In this document: in pieces, positions 1 through 7,904 of the stretch
Layout of the letters: each line of letters begins with the position of its first letter
How positions within the stretch are numbered: the first letter of the stretch is position 1
Virus record (IMG/VR): IMGVR_UViG_3300009104_000003
DNA from: an uncultured virus (IMG/VR IMGVR_UViG_3300009104_000003)
Lineage: Duplodnaviria; Heunggongvirae; Uroviricota; Caudoviricetes
DNA length: 20,000 nt
Reading direction: 5' to 3' (one strand)
Position numbers and translations under genes: made by a program
The notes under the pieces: generated by a model
Databases searched by the model: none
The model's input: the letters and a program-made list of their open reading frames with translations, nothing else
Told to the model about the DNA's origin: nothing

Positions 1-486
1 ATCTGAAGCTAATCCATCTATTTGTGCCTGGACATCAGCACCAAATCCTTGAACATCTGCCATTAATTGATCTAGATAAGCTCTATCAGAAACTAATTTA
101 ATTAAATCTATTTGTAATCCTAGTAAAGGTAATGTGAAATTTATAGGGATTATATTACTAACTAATTGTAAGATTGTATTTTGAATATACATAGGATATT
201 CTTCCATCAATCTTTGTATCATTATCTCCCATTCTTTCTCTGGCATTTCTAATCTTTTCCATTTAGGATCATATGCAACTAGAAATTCTCTAAAGGTATC
301 TAATATATCTTTTAATTTTTCTCCTTCATCTCTCCATTCTGCAACTGCAGATAAAGCGAATTTTTCTGCATTGGTTGCTATAGTGCCAAACATATTGGTC
401 ATATTAGCAGGAGTAGGTAATAGTTCTCCTACACATTCAAAAGGAGGTACCGAGATTTCTGGGAGTGTTTCTGCTGCTTCAGCCAT
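1..486 (-). CDS. Hypothetical protein downstream of gp5, 3' end outside the window; probably virion/baseplate associated
   Basis: Not in the ORF track. ATG at 486-484 overlaps the gp5 stop (TAATG). The frame is open to the window edge: MAEAAETLPEISVPPFECVGELLPTPANMTNMFG... Confidence 0.8.
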   Translation of the reverse strand, partial: MAEAAETLPEISVPPFECVGELLPTPANMTNMFGTIATNAEKFALSAVAEWRDEGEKLKDILDTFREFLVAYDPKWKRLEMPEKEWEIMIQRLMEEYPMYIQNTILQLVSNIIPINFTLPLLGLQIDLIKLVSDRAYLDQLMADVQGFGADVQAQIDGLASD

Positions 487-1139
487 TATGATATCTTGGT
501 TTTCTTTCCGATACCAGAACTAATTATAATATCTTCTGATAAAGATGTTACGTAAACTTTTCCAGCAACTGAAGTCAAATATACATTACCATCTTCTGAT
601 TCTATATCTGTTTTTCCAGTCGTCTTAATACTGGTATCACCGCCAGTAGTTATACTGGTATTTCCAGAATTGGTAATAGTGATGTTATTATCTTTATCAA
701 TATTAATCTTTGTACCCTTTGCGTGGGTTACTTGAATTGTTTCATTATCTTTTTCATTTTGTAATTCTATTAGATGACCAGCTTTTGATCTATAAATTTT
801 ATTTGTTGTTGAAGCTGAAGAATGAAGATCTTCAGTACCATTATCTGAAGTAGTTATACTTCCCATAACAACAGGGTCTTGCGCGCTAGCACCATCTCTA
901 AAGAATCCAATTACCCACGAACCTTCTTCGAGGTGATGATTAGCTCCTACGTTTTGTATACCAGCTGAAGTTGTCGGCATCATAACTGTTGCCCAGGGTA
1001 GATCCTCTTTTTTTATATCCTCTGGGTGATAACCGTGGCATTTTACTTTAACCCTATTCCATTTTTTAGTATCATTTATATCTAATACTTCACCACTAAA
1101 CCAGTAAAATTTTTGTCCTATGAAATCATCTTCTCTCAT
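486..1139 (-). CDS. gp5: Baseplate hub/spike protein, gp5-like (N-terminal OB-fold plus short beta-helix, no lysozyme domain)
   Basis: Motifs WFSGEVLDIND..RVKVKCHGYH..LPWA..GSWVIGFFRDG..AQDPVVMGS match the gp5 OB domain. SKAGHLIE..HAKGT is followed by roughly 8-residue beta repeats. Synteny with gp53. Confidence 0.9.
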   Translation of the reverse strand: MREDDFIGQKFYWFSGEVLDINDTKKWNRVKVKCHGYHPEDIKKEDLPWATVMMPTTSAGIQNVGANHHLEEGSWVIGFFRDGASAQDPVVMGSITTSDNGTEDLHSSASTTNKIYRSKAGHLIELQNEKDNETIQVTHAKGTKINIDKDNNITITNSGNTSITTGGDTSIKTTGKTDIESEDGNVYLTSVAGKVYVTSLSEDIIISSGIGKKTKIS

Positions 1140-2683
1140 TATACTTTAATCTCCTCATCAAGATCTACTGTTGATGAATCTTTTATAATTTCACAATCCA
1201 TTGTATATCCAGTAGATTTAAAATAATGATTAATTTTTTTTATTATAAATCTTCCGCCCATTAATGTATCACCATCTGTTGCTTTAGTTGTAATTTCTTC
1301 ATCAGTAAGATTTTGATCTTGTATTTTGTGTACATGTAATTGAACTATCATTCCTGCTCCTAATACTGGATCTCCAGGTATTTCCATGGTATGAGTTAAT
1401 ACATCCATATTAGCTCGATAAGATTCTTTTTGCTGTATTTCTTTTACTTTTAATGCTGAATGATAATTTTTCCAATCCTTAAAAGCATTTAGATTTAGAC
1501 TTACAAAAAAGTTTCTAGCATCTTTATTAGAATCTGTATTAAGAGAATCACCATTAAATTTAATTTTATCTGAGAAAGGTTTATAGCTATTTAATTTCTT
1601 CATTTCATCATTATTATCATATTTAAAAACACTACCCCAATTTTTCCCAGTCATATAGCGTTTTGTAGAAAAATCAACTGAAGTTAGATTAGAAGCATAT
1701 GCTCCTTTTCTAGCATCATTATATTTAGAAACCCCTAATGAACTTTGGAGTGATATTATTTTTCTTCTTTGATAATCATAATAATCTGGATTATCGATAG
1801 TCATTTCTCTACCTTTATATATTGAATCGAATGGAAGATTGGTAAATGGCATTACAGGACCATAAGGAAAATTATCTGCAACATCTAGAATCATATCTTC
1901 CCATGATTTTAATTGATAACCATATGTCATACTCTCATAAAAAAATATAGGAGTACCAAGATCACTAGCATTTCTTAATAACCAATTAATTGCTGCCATA
2001 GGTCTAAGTTTAGGATATATTCCTTTTATTGGTTCACCATAACCACTATCATCAGGAGGTGAACTATAAACTGTATCATCAATAGCTTTAATTAAATCAA
2101 TTGAGTTTGGTTTAAATTTTCGGCCTTTTTCTCCTAGTTCTATTTCTAAATCACCTTCAGCTATATTTTTTATCAAATCTGCTGGTGTACCTTCAAAGCT
2201 TTCATTTAAAACTTTTAATTGATTTAGAAAAGCAGGTTTTGTAACACATTCTAGTGTATAAGTTTGTGTGTCAATCTTAGGTTTTTCAAAGTTTTTTATA
2301 TCTGAAATATAAAGTTCTAGATCAATGTCTTTTGTTAAATCTTGCAAAAAACTACTTGAAAAAACAGTCTGTTTAATTTTTTGTTCAATTCGTAAATGTA
2401 TTTTTTCTCCCCCTTGTATACGAAGTTCATCTAAAATTCCAACAGCATCTATAATACCAAAACTAACATGGAGAGCACTTTGGAATATTGATTCTGTAAT
2501 TAGAATCATATTTACCTGGGGTCTAAGATCTATAGATGTTTTATCTCCTTCTTTTTCCTTGAATGTTACAGTATGGGGATATAATTCTACCTTTTTTATA
2601 TCATAAGCAATAGGATCAACATGAAATCCTTGATGATCTGCTTTGGAGGTTGGGGATAAAGGTTCTGTTATATTTTCAGTCAT
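1139..2683 (-). CDS. Baseplate hub protein, gp27-like
   Basis: Lies between gp53 and gp5. It has N-terminal ITESIFQSALHVSFGIIDA..GGEKI and C-terminal EIPGDPVLGAGMIV..MGGRFIIKKINH, typical of gp27/VgrG-like hubs. Start and stop overlap the neighbours. Confidence 0.65.
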   Translation of the reverse strand: MTENITEPLSPTSKADHQGFHVDPIAYDIKKVELYPHTVTFKEKEGDKTSIDLRPQVNMILITESIFQSALHVSFGIIDAVGILDELRIQGGEKIHLRIEQKIKQTVFSSSFLQDLTKDIDLELYISDIKNFEKPKIDTQTYTLECVTKPAFLNQLKVLNESFEGTPADLIKNIAEGDLEIELGEKGRKFKPNSIDLIKAIDDTVYSSPPDDSGYGEPIKGIYPKLRPMAAINWLLRNASDLGTPIFFYESMTYGYQLKSWEDMILDVADNFPYGPVMPFTNLPFDSIYKGREMTIDNPDYYDYQRRKIISLQSSLGVSKYNDARKGAYASNLTSVDFSTKRYMTGKNWGSVFKYDNNDEMKKLNSYKPFSDKIKFNGDSLNTDSNKDARNFFVSLNLNAFKDWKNYHSALKVKEIQQKESYRANMDVLTHTMEIPGDPVLGAGMIVQLHVHKIQDQNLTDEEITTKATDGDTLMGGRFIIKKINHYFKSTGYTMDCEIIKDSSTVDLDEEIKV

Positions 2684-3806
2684 TGATCAAAGACTCGAAT
2701 TTAGATACAAACTCTGAAATAAATGTAGGATCTATAATTCTTATCTTAGAACGTTCTTCATTTTTCTCAAATATGTATTCTCTATTAGAAGTATAAAGAG
2801 GTGCTGCAACAGACCCTTCTTGTTGAAGTAAACGCTCTGCTGCGGTTGCATCATCTGTGACTGAAAAGAAATTAGCATTTGAAACGTGAGCTTCAATACC
2901 ATATTTTGGGGTTCCATCCGGATAGGTAGAAGGTATTATTACCTTTATCTCTGCACCATTTACTGGTGCTGAAGAAAAGGTTAATGTTATACCATTTAAA
3001 GTCCAATTATAATTTGATTGATTATTTACTTGAACTTGGACTTTTTCTGAGGCATAAGGTAAACTAGTTAAAGTAAATACGCGTGTTGTACCATCACCTT
3101 CAAATTCATCTTGAAAAAATGATTCATTTTCAATAGCATCACCTGATATATACCAGTGATGAGGTGCATCAGCATATGGCCATGCTTTCCAAATTTGAAC
3201 TGAGCATGGTATAATAGCTTTAGTAACAGGATCTATCCAACTACCCGTAACATCTTCTAAGGTATTTCCATCTCCAGCTCCTAGGAAAGTTCCAGTGACA
3301 TCTTGTACGACTAGTTGATTTAAGTAAAGATCTTTTCTTTTAAGAATACCAGTAGCACCACTGGTAGCTCCAGTAACAGTTCTTCCAACAGTCCAAGCAC
3401 CTTGTTTTTGTGCTTTGTCTTCTCCTGCAAGAGAATTCCTGAATTCAGTAATACCACCATCTGTATCTCGTACAATATTTGGTCTTGTTTCTAAGGCAAC
3501 TCCTTCATATTCAAGATCAATATATTGATTCAAATCTTGCATACCCATTGGCCAAGAACCTATTCCATTTTGAAGAAAATCATTAATTATAAAAAAGGTC
3601 CAATAATAACTTGTATTTCCATATAATTTTTGAGATACTATATCTGGTCTTTCGCCATCTCTAATTGAATAAAATTTATAAGCAGTAAAATTGTCTACAT
3701 AATTTTGTATTGGTCTAACCTGCCTAAATATATCAACCACTGAATTAACAACGCCTTCACGATTAAAATCATAAACTAATTTAGGGAATCTTTTAAAATA
3801 ACTCAT
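2676..3806 (-). CDS. gp53: Baseplate wedge subunit gp53 with internal insertions
   Basis: MSYFKRFP..Y, YSIRDGERPDIVSQKLYG..YYWTFFIIN..WP, and C-terminal SNREY..EKNEERSKIRII are hallmarks of gp53. Confidence 0.92.
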   Translation of the reverse strand: MSYFKRFPKLVYDFNREGVVNSVVDIFRQVRPIQNYVDNFTAYKFYSIRDGERPDIVSQKLYGNTSYYWTFFIINDFLQNGIGSWPMGMQDLNQYIDLEYEGVALETRPNIVRDTDGGITEFRNSLAGEDKAQKQGAWTVGRTVTGATSGATGILKRKDLYLNQLVVQDVTGTFLGAGDGNTLEDVTGSWIDPVTKAIIPCSVQIWKAWPYADAPHHWYISGDAIENESFFQDEFEGDGTTRVFTLTSLPYASEKVQVQVNNQSNYNWTLNGITLTFSSAPVNGAEIKVIIPSTYPDGTPKYGIEAHVSNANFFSVTDDATAAERLLQQEGSVAAPLYTSNREYIFEKNEERSKIRIIDPTFISEFVSKFESLIND

Positions 3807-3928
3807 TTGTTTTTCTCTCTAAACTCTTTTTTTATCCTAAGTTCTCTTTTTATATCTTCATCAATAAGTGTTTGAAGCTCTTTTATTTCTTCTGGGGTTA
3901 ACTCATTGAATTTCCAGTAACCACCCAT
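3803..3928 (-). CDS. 41-aa hypothetical protein (MGGYWKFNELTPEEIKELQTLIDEDIKRELRIKKEFREKNK)
   Basis: Exactly fills the gp48-gp53 gap, with a TAATG overlap on the gp48 stop and an ATGA overlap on the gp53 start. Confidence 0.7.
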   Translation of the reverse strand: MGGYWKFNELTPEEIKELQTLIDEDIKRELRIKKEFREKNK

Positions 3929-4845
3929 TATTCTGCTGAAACTTCACCTGTAAATGCTTCAGGCGCAGTTGATTCTAATCCACCTCTTTCATAATGATAT
4001 GTAGTTGATTTAAAATTTAATGGATCCTTATATAATCCTTCTCTTGTATTTTGTTGTGCTTCATCAAAAGCTAAAGCTAGATCTAATTCAATCGGTTGAC
4101 CTTTTTTATGATAGGCATTTGTGGAACTATTATAGGTAGTACTTACACTTCTTAAATAACAAAGATCAATATAAGGCAAATAAGGATTCTCATCTACTTT
4201 TCCATCTCTATGGCTCATAAATTGTATTGACCAGTATGGTGGATATTTAAGTACTATGCCCAGTTCTTTTTCATTACTTGGATATAAAAATTTTCTAAAT
4301 GTATTTTCTATTTTTCTTATCTCTTCAGATTCTTTTTCAGATTCACCAACCAGTTTAAATGTAAAAGTAAAAGATCTCATACCAACACCATCAAATGCAA
4401 GATTAGTATGAGCATTTTTTGCACGGCCGGCTGTTATCATTCCTTTTTGTAATACTCCCCAGCCTAATTGATCTTTAGCTGCTACTGCTAATCCTCCAGC
4501 AACTTCTGATTTATTTGCAAGTATAGTATCTTTCAGAGAAGAAGTTGCTCCTGCGTCACCTTTTATTGCAGGAGCTACACTTGTCATATTTTGTTGTAAA
4601 GCTCCTGTAAATCCAAAGTCTTGAGTATTGTAAGTAGCTGAATCAGCACTTGCAACGCCAGCTGGAGTATAAAGATATATGGTTTGTTTATCTTCTTCTA
4701 AATTATCCCTAGATTTTATAGAGAATCTCATTAATTCCGTCACTTCTTCATTTAATATATTTAATGGGTATTTTAAAATACCTTCAGTATCACCTCCTAC
4801 AGGACCAGCTGGTTCTTTAGTTTGGTTACTCTCTTTTTCTGCCAT
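3928..4845 (-). CDS. gp48: Baseplate tail-tube cap gp48
   Basis: LKYPL, IYLYTP, NAHTNLAFDGVGMRSFTFTFKL..ESEKESEEIRKIENTFR, CYLRSVSTTY, GQPIELDLALAFDE. SD-like AGGA upstream. Confidence 0.88.
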   Translation of the reverse strand: MAEKESNQTKEPAGPVGGDTEGILKYPLNILNEEVTELMRFSIKSRDNLEEDKQTIYLYTPAGVASADSATYNTQDFGFTGALQQNMTSVAPAIKGDAGATSSLKDTILANKSEVAGGLAVAAKDQLGWGVLQKGMITAGRAKNAHTNLAFDGVGMRSFTFTFKLVGESEKESEEIRKIENTFRKFLYPSNEKELGIVLKYPPYWSIQFMSHRDGKVDENPYLPYIDLCYLRSVSTTYNSSTNAYHKKGQPIELDLALAFDEAQQNTREGLYKDPLNFKSTTYHYERGGLESTAPEAFTGEVSAE

Positions 4846-4857
4846 AGTTTTTTCCTA

Positions 4858-4865
4858 TATAAATA
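4858..4865 (+). promoter_or_regulatory. T4-type late promoter (TATAAATA) for the gp4 operon
   Basis: Exact TATAAATA in the short divergent intergenic region, 35 nt before the gp4 ATG. Confidence 0.8.
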
Positions 4866-4893
4866 GAGTTAACATTAATTTAATATATAGAAT

Positions 4894-4901
4894 TATTTAT
4901 A
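4894..4901 (-). promoter_or_regulatory. T4-type late promoter (TATAAATA) for the gp48-53-hub-5 operon
   Basis: TATTTATA on the + strand, which is TATAAATA on the - strand, upstream of gp48. Confidence 0.8.
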
Positions 4902-5353
4902 TGAGTTACAAAGGCAGATACAAAATTACTAAACCAGAGAAATATGTTGGGGATTCTACCAATGTTGTATATCGTTCTCTCTGGGAAAGACAATCATTTA
5001 AATGGTGTGAGAACAATCCAAACGTTAAAGCATGGAATAGTGAAGAGGTAGTTATACCATACATTGCACGAGAAGATAAAAGAATGCATCGTTATTTCGT
5101 AGATCTATTAATAGAAATGAAAAATGGTGATACATTTCTAATAGAAATTAAACCTAAAAGCCAAACAAAACCCCCTAAACAACCTAAGAGAAAGACCAAA
5201 AAGTATCTTAAAGAAGTTATGACCTATGTGAAAAATCAAGATAAGTGGGAAGCAGCTGATAAGTTTGCTCAACATAAAGGTTGGAAATTTCAAGTCTGGA
5301 CAGAAGATACTTTGAAAAATTTAGGCATCAAACTTCTGAAGTCCCAGGTATAA
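4901..5353 (+). CDS. gp4: Head completion nuclease gp4 (TnsA-like fold)
   Basis: MSYKGRYK..PEKYVGD..VVYRSLWER..WC..WNSEEVVIPY..HRYFVD..IEIKPK..NQDKWEAA..WKFQVWTE. The likely start is the ATG at 4901, not 4679. Confidence 0.95.
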   Translation: MSYKGRYKITKPEKYVGDSTNVVYRSLWERQSFKWCENNPNVKAWNSEEVVIPYIAREDKRMHRYFVDLLIEMKNGDTFLIEIKPKSQTKPPKQPKRKTKKYLKEVMTYVKNQDKWEAADKFAQHKGWKFQVWTEDTLKNLGIKLLKSQV

Positions 5354-5356
5354 ATA
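5349..5356 (+). promoter_or_regulatory. Late promoter TATAAATA for gp2
   Basis: Exact TATAAATA overlapping the gp4 stop, 5 nt before the gp2 ATG. Confidence 0.8.
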
Positions 5357-5361
5357 GATAT

Positions 5362-5955
5362 ATGGCAAGTTTATTTGATACATTACAAGCTGGAGCATAT
5401 AGAGCTAATATAGTTCCTAGAACTAAGAAATCTAGGGCTTGGTTTCAAGCGCGCGTACGTGAGCTCGGGGACGTATCTAGAGCTAAAATAATGAAAGATG
5501 ATCAGCTGAAAGTACGTGCTCAACCCAAGATAGGTGATATGTGTATGTATGTTTATGATCCTAAATTAAAAGCCGAATTACCATATTACGATAAATTCCC
5601 TATGTCAATAATGGTACAACCAGCACCAGGGGGATTTCATGCATTGAATTTGCATTATCTTTCTCCAGGAGTAAGAGCTTTATTTCTAGATGAATTAATG
5701 GGATTAGCACCTAAAAAATTAGCAGAAACAACTAGACTAACAAGATTAAAATATGATCTATTAAAAGGTGCAACAAAATATAAAGAATTTAAACCTTGTT
5801 TTAAACATTATCTTATGTCACATGTTAAATCTAAAATTAATAGAGTACCAATGACCGAATGGGAAATTGCAGTATTCTTACCAGTAGATGAATTCAAAAA
5901 AGTATCTCGAGATACTGTTTGGAGATATTCTAGAAAATCTATATACGGAAAATAA
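5362..5955 (+). CDS. gp2: DNA end protector protein gp2
   Basis: SRAWF..IGDMCMYVYDPKLKAELPYYDKFP..GFHALNLHYL..FKPCFKHYL..W..A.FLP. The likely start is the ATG at 5362. Confidence 0.93.
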   Translation: MASLFDTLQAGAYRANIVPRTKKSRAWFQARVRELGDVSRAKIMKDDQLKVRAQPKIGDMCMYVYDPKLKAELPYYDKFPMSIMVQPAPGGFHALNLHYLSPGVRALFLDELMGLAPKKLAETTRLTRLKYDLLKGATKYKEFKPCFKHYLMSHVKSKINRVPMTEWEIAVFLPVDEFKKVSRDTVWRYSRKSIYGK

Positions 5956-5963
5956 ACATACAG

Positions 5964-6608
5964 ATGGCTAATTCAATAGAAGATTTAAAAGCAAGTATAT
6001 CTAAACATGGTGGATTAGTACCAGCAAATAGATTTAATATAATCTTTACTCCTCCACAAATTTCTCTTATAAATTTAAACCCTACTAATTTAATAGGAAG
6101 TTTAATATCCGGATCATTCAGTGCAAAAAGTTTAATTAATGATCCAAGAGATATAACTTTATTGTGTAAAACTGCTTCTTTACCAGGGCAACAAATAAAT
6201 ACTCTGGATTATCAAGCACACAAAGAATCAAGAAAAATGCCTAACGCAGCAACACAAGAAGATATATCTACAGTTTTTTACGTTACCAGCGACATGTATA
6301 TTAAGACAATGTTTGATGGCTGGTTAGACGCTATATTCGACAGAGAAAATTATCACGTCGGATTTAAAGATGAATTCAGTACTGATGTAACTATACAGCA
6401 GTTGAATAAAGAAAATAGACCTGTTTATGGAGTAAGATTGCGAAATGCATTTCCTACTTCTGTAGGAGGTCTTGGCCTGGATCATAGTAGTGAAAATACT
6501 ATGCAGGAGTTAACGGTTAGCTGGTCCTATGATAAATGGGTACCAGAGAATGCGATAACATCGACTCTTGGTGGTGGACTAAGAGCGATTAAAAATTTAA
6601 TTTCATAA
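5964..6608 (+). CDS. gp54: Baseplate tail-tube initiator, gp54-like (gp19 tube fold)
   Basis: GGL..ANRF..LLCKTASLPG..K.P..FDGW..I..IQQL..L.NAFPTSVG..L..LTVSWSY. Located next to gp26. Confidence 0.7.
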   Translation: MANSIEDLKASISKHGGLVPANRFNIIFTPPQISLINLNPTNLIGSLISGSFSAKSLINDPRDITLLCKTASLPGQQINTLDYQAHKESRKMPNAATQEDISTVFYVTSDMYIKTMFDGWLDAIFDRENYHVGFKDEFSTDVTIQQLNKENRPVYGVRLRNAFPTSVGGLGLDHSSENTMQELTVSWSYDKWVPENAITSTLGGGLRAIKNLIS

Positions 6609-6626
6609 TAATTGGAGAATAAAATT

Positions 6627-7337
6627 ATGGCTTTACCAAAACTTGATGTGCCTCGTTATCCGGTGACAATTCCGTCAACGGGAGAGGAATACATTATGAG
6701 ACCTTATTTAGTTAAGGAAGAAAAGGTCTTATTGTTAGCTATGGAATCTCAGGATCCCAAACAAATAGCATTAGCAATAAGAAATTTAATAAGTAATTGC
6801 ATTGAAGGTGAAATTAATATTGATTCTCTTGCAGGGTTTGATATTGAAAAACTTTTCTTAGAATTGAGAGGAATCTCAGTTGGAGAAAAGATTCAATTAC
6901 AAACTAAATGCCAAGCTGAGGAGTGTGAACACCCTAATGGCGTTGAGATCGATATTAAAGATATTCAATTAAAGGATTATAATCCAGATGACTCAATAAT
7001 TAAGCTTTCAGAAGATGTTGGCGTAACTATGAGATACCCAACCATTGATTTATTAAATGATATGGAAGGTGATTTGGATTCATTAGATACTTTAATGAAT
7101 ATTGTAACATCATGTATTAATACTATTTTTGATAATGAAAATATTTACGATTGTAAAAAAGAAAATATTAAAGAAGTTCAAGACTTTGTTGATAATTTAA
7201 CTTCTGATCAATTTAAATTGATAAGTAGTTTCTTTCAAAATACTCCGGTATTAGAATACGACTTAAGATTTAATTGTGAAAAATGTGAGCACGAAAGTTC
7301 ATATGAACTGAGAGGGCTCCAAAGTTTTTTTACGTAG
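6627..7337 (+). CDS. gp26: Baseplate hub assembly protein gp26
   Basis: MALPKL..P.Y..PSTGE..RPYLVKEEKVLLLA..FDIE.LFL.LRG.SVGE..MRYP..CEKC..GLQSFF. SD GGAG at 6614-6617 favours the ATG at 6627. Confidence 0.92.
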   Translation: MALPKLDVPRYPVTIPSTGEEYIMRPYLVKEEKVLLLAMESQDPKQIALAIRNLISNCIEGEINIDSLAGFDIEKLFLELRGISVGEKIQLQTKCQAEECEHPNGVEIDIKDIQLKDYNPDDSIIKLSEDVGVTMRYPTIDLLNDMEGDLDSLDTLMNIVTSCINTIFDNENIYDCKKENIKEVQDFVDNLTSDQFKLISSFFQNTPVLEYDLRFNCEKCEHESSYELRGLQSFFT

Positions 7338-7357
7338 GCCTCTCACATGAGAGCATC

Positions 7358-7510
7358 ATGAATCATTATCAAACTAACTTTGCGTTGGTACAACATCACA
7401 AATATAGTTTGAATGAATTGGAAAACATGATACCGTGGGAGCGCGATGTTTACGTTACAATGTTAAAAGATCATATAGAGGAAGAACTGGAAAAACAGAG
7501 GAATAAGTAA
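7358..7510 (+). CDS. gp51: Short gp51-like baseplate hub assembly catalyst; possibly the C-terminal part of a -1 frameshift fusion with gp26
   Basis: Not in the ORF track. MNHYQTNFALVQHHKYSLNELENMIPWERDVYVTMLKDHIEEELEKQRNK carries the ENMIPWER..Y motif of short gp51 proteins in marine T4-like phages. Confidence 0.88.
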   Translation: MNHYQTNFALVQHHKYSLNELENMIPWERDVYVTMLKDHIEEELEKQRNK

Positions 7511-7896
7511 TGGCAGAACACGATAGATTTCATGGCGATATGAGCCGGAATGAAGTGGAAATGGACTTATCAAAGTTCATGGAAATGCTTGCGGAGAATG
7601 GAAAATTAAAAGATAGGATAAGAGAATTAGAAGATATACATGATCAAAATCCATGGCAAAAATGGATTTACCTATCTAAAATGATCGATTCTTGGCGTAT
7701 ATGGCCAAGAGCATTCTTAAGTGTTTACATATTTTTAATATATTATGTAGTAATGTGGTTCTTAGATCTAGAGGCTCCAACAATGGAACAATCTGGATTA
7801 CTATCAATATTGGTAGGTGCAGGAGCAGCATGGTTTGGATTGTATGTTAACAGCGCAGCAAAAGATCATGCGGCAGATATATCAATCAAAAAATAG
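7510..7896 (+). CDS. Membrane protein with an N-terminal coiled coil and two TM helices; holin-like is possible
   Basis: Hydrophobic segments AFLSVYIFLIYYVVMWFL and GLLSILVGAGAAWFGLYV. TAATG-coupled to the gp51-like ORF. Confidence 0.75.
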   Translation: MAEHDRFHGDMSRNEVEMDLSKFMEMLAENGKLKDRIRELEDIHDQNPWQKWIYLSKMIDSWRIWPRAFLSVYIFLIYYVVMWFLDLEAPTMEQSGLLSILVGAGAAWFGLYVNSAAKDHAADISIKK

Positions 7897-7904
7897 GAAA
7901 ATAA

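Noticed and set aside
2325..2606. 93-aa + strand ORF
   Set aside because: Antisense shadow of the hub gene, with no RBS or recognisable motif.
4679..4900. N-terminal extension of gp4 in the ORF track
   Set aside because: It overlaps gp48 on the opposite strand and the promoters. Similarity to gp4 begins at MSYKG (4901).
4901..5353. TnsA-like nuclease as a transposon or homing endonuclease
   Set aside because: It is the core T4 gp4 in its normal context next to gp2.
5281..5361. N-terminal extension of gp2
   Set aside because: It overlaps gp4 and lies upstream of the late promoter start.
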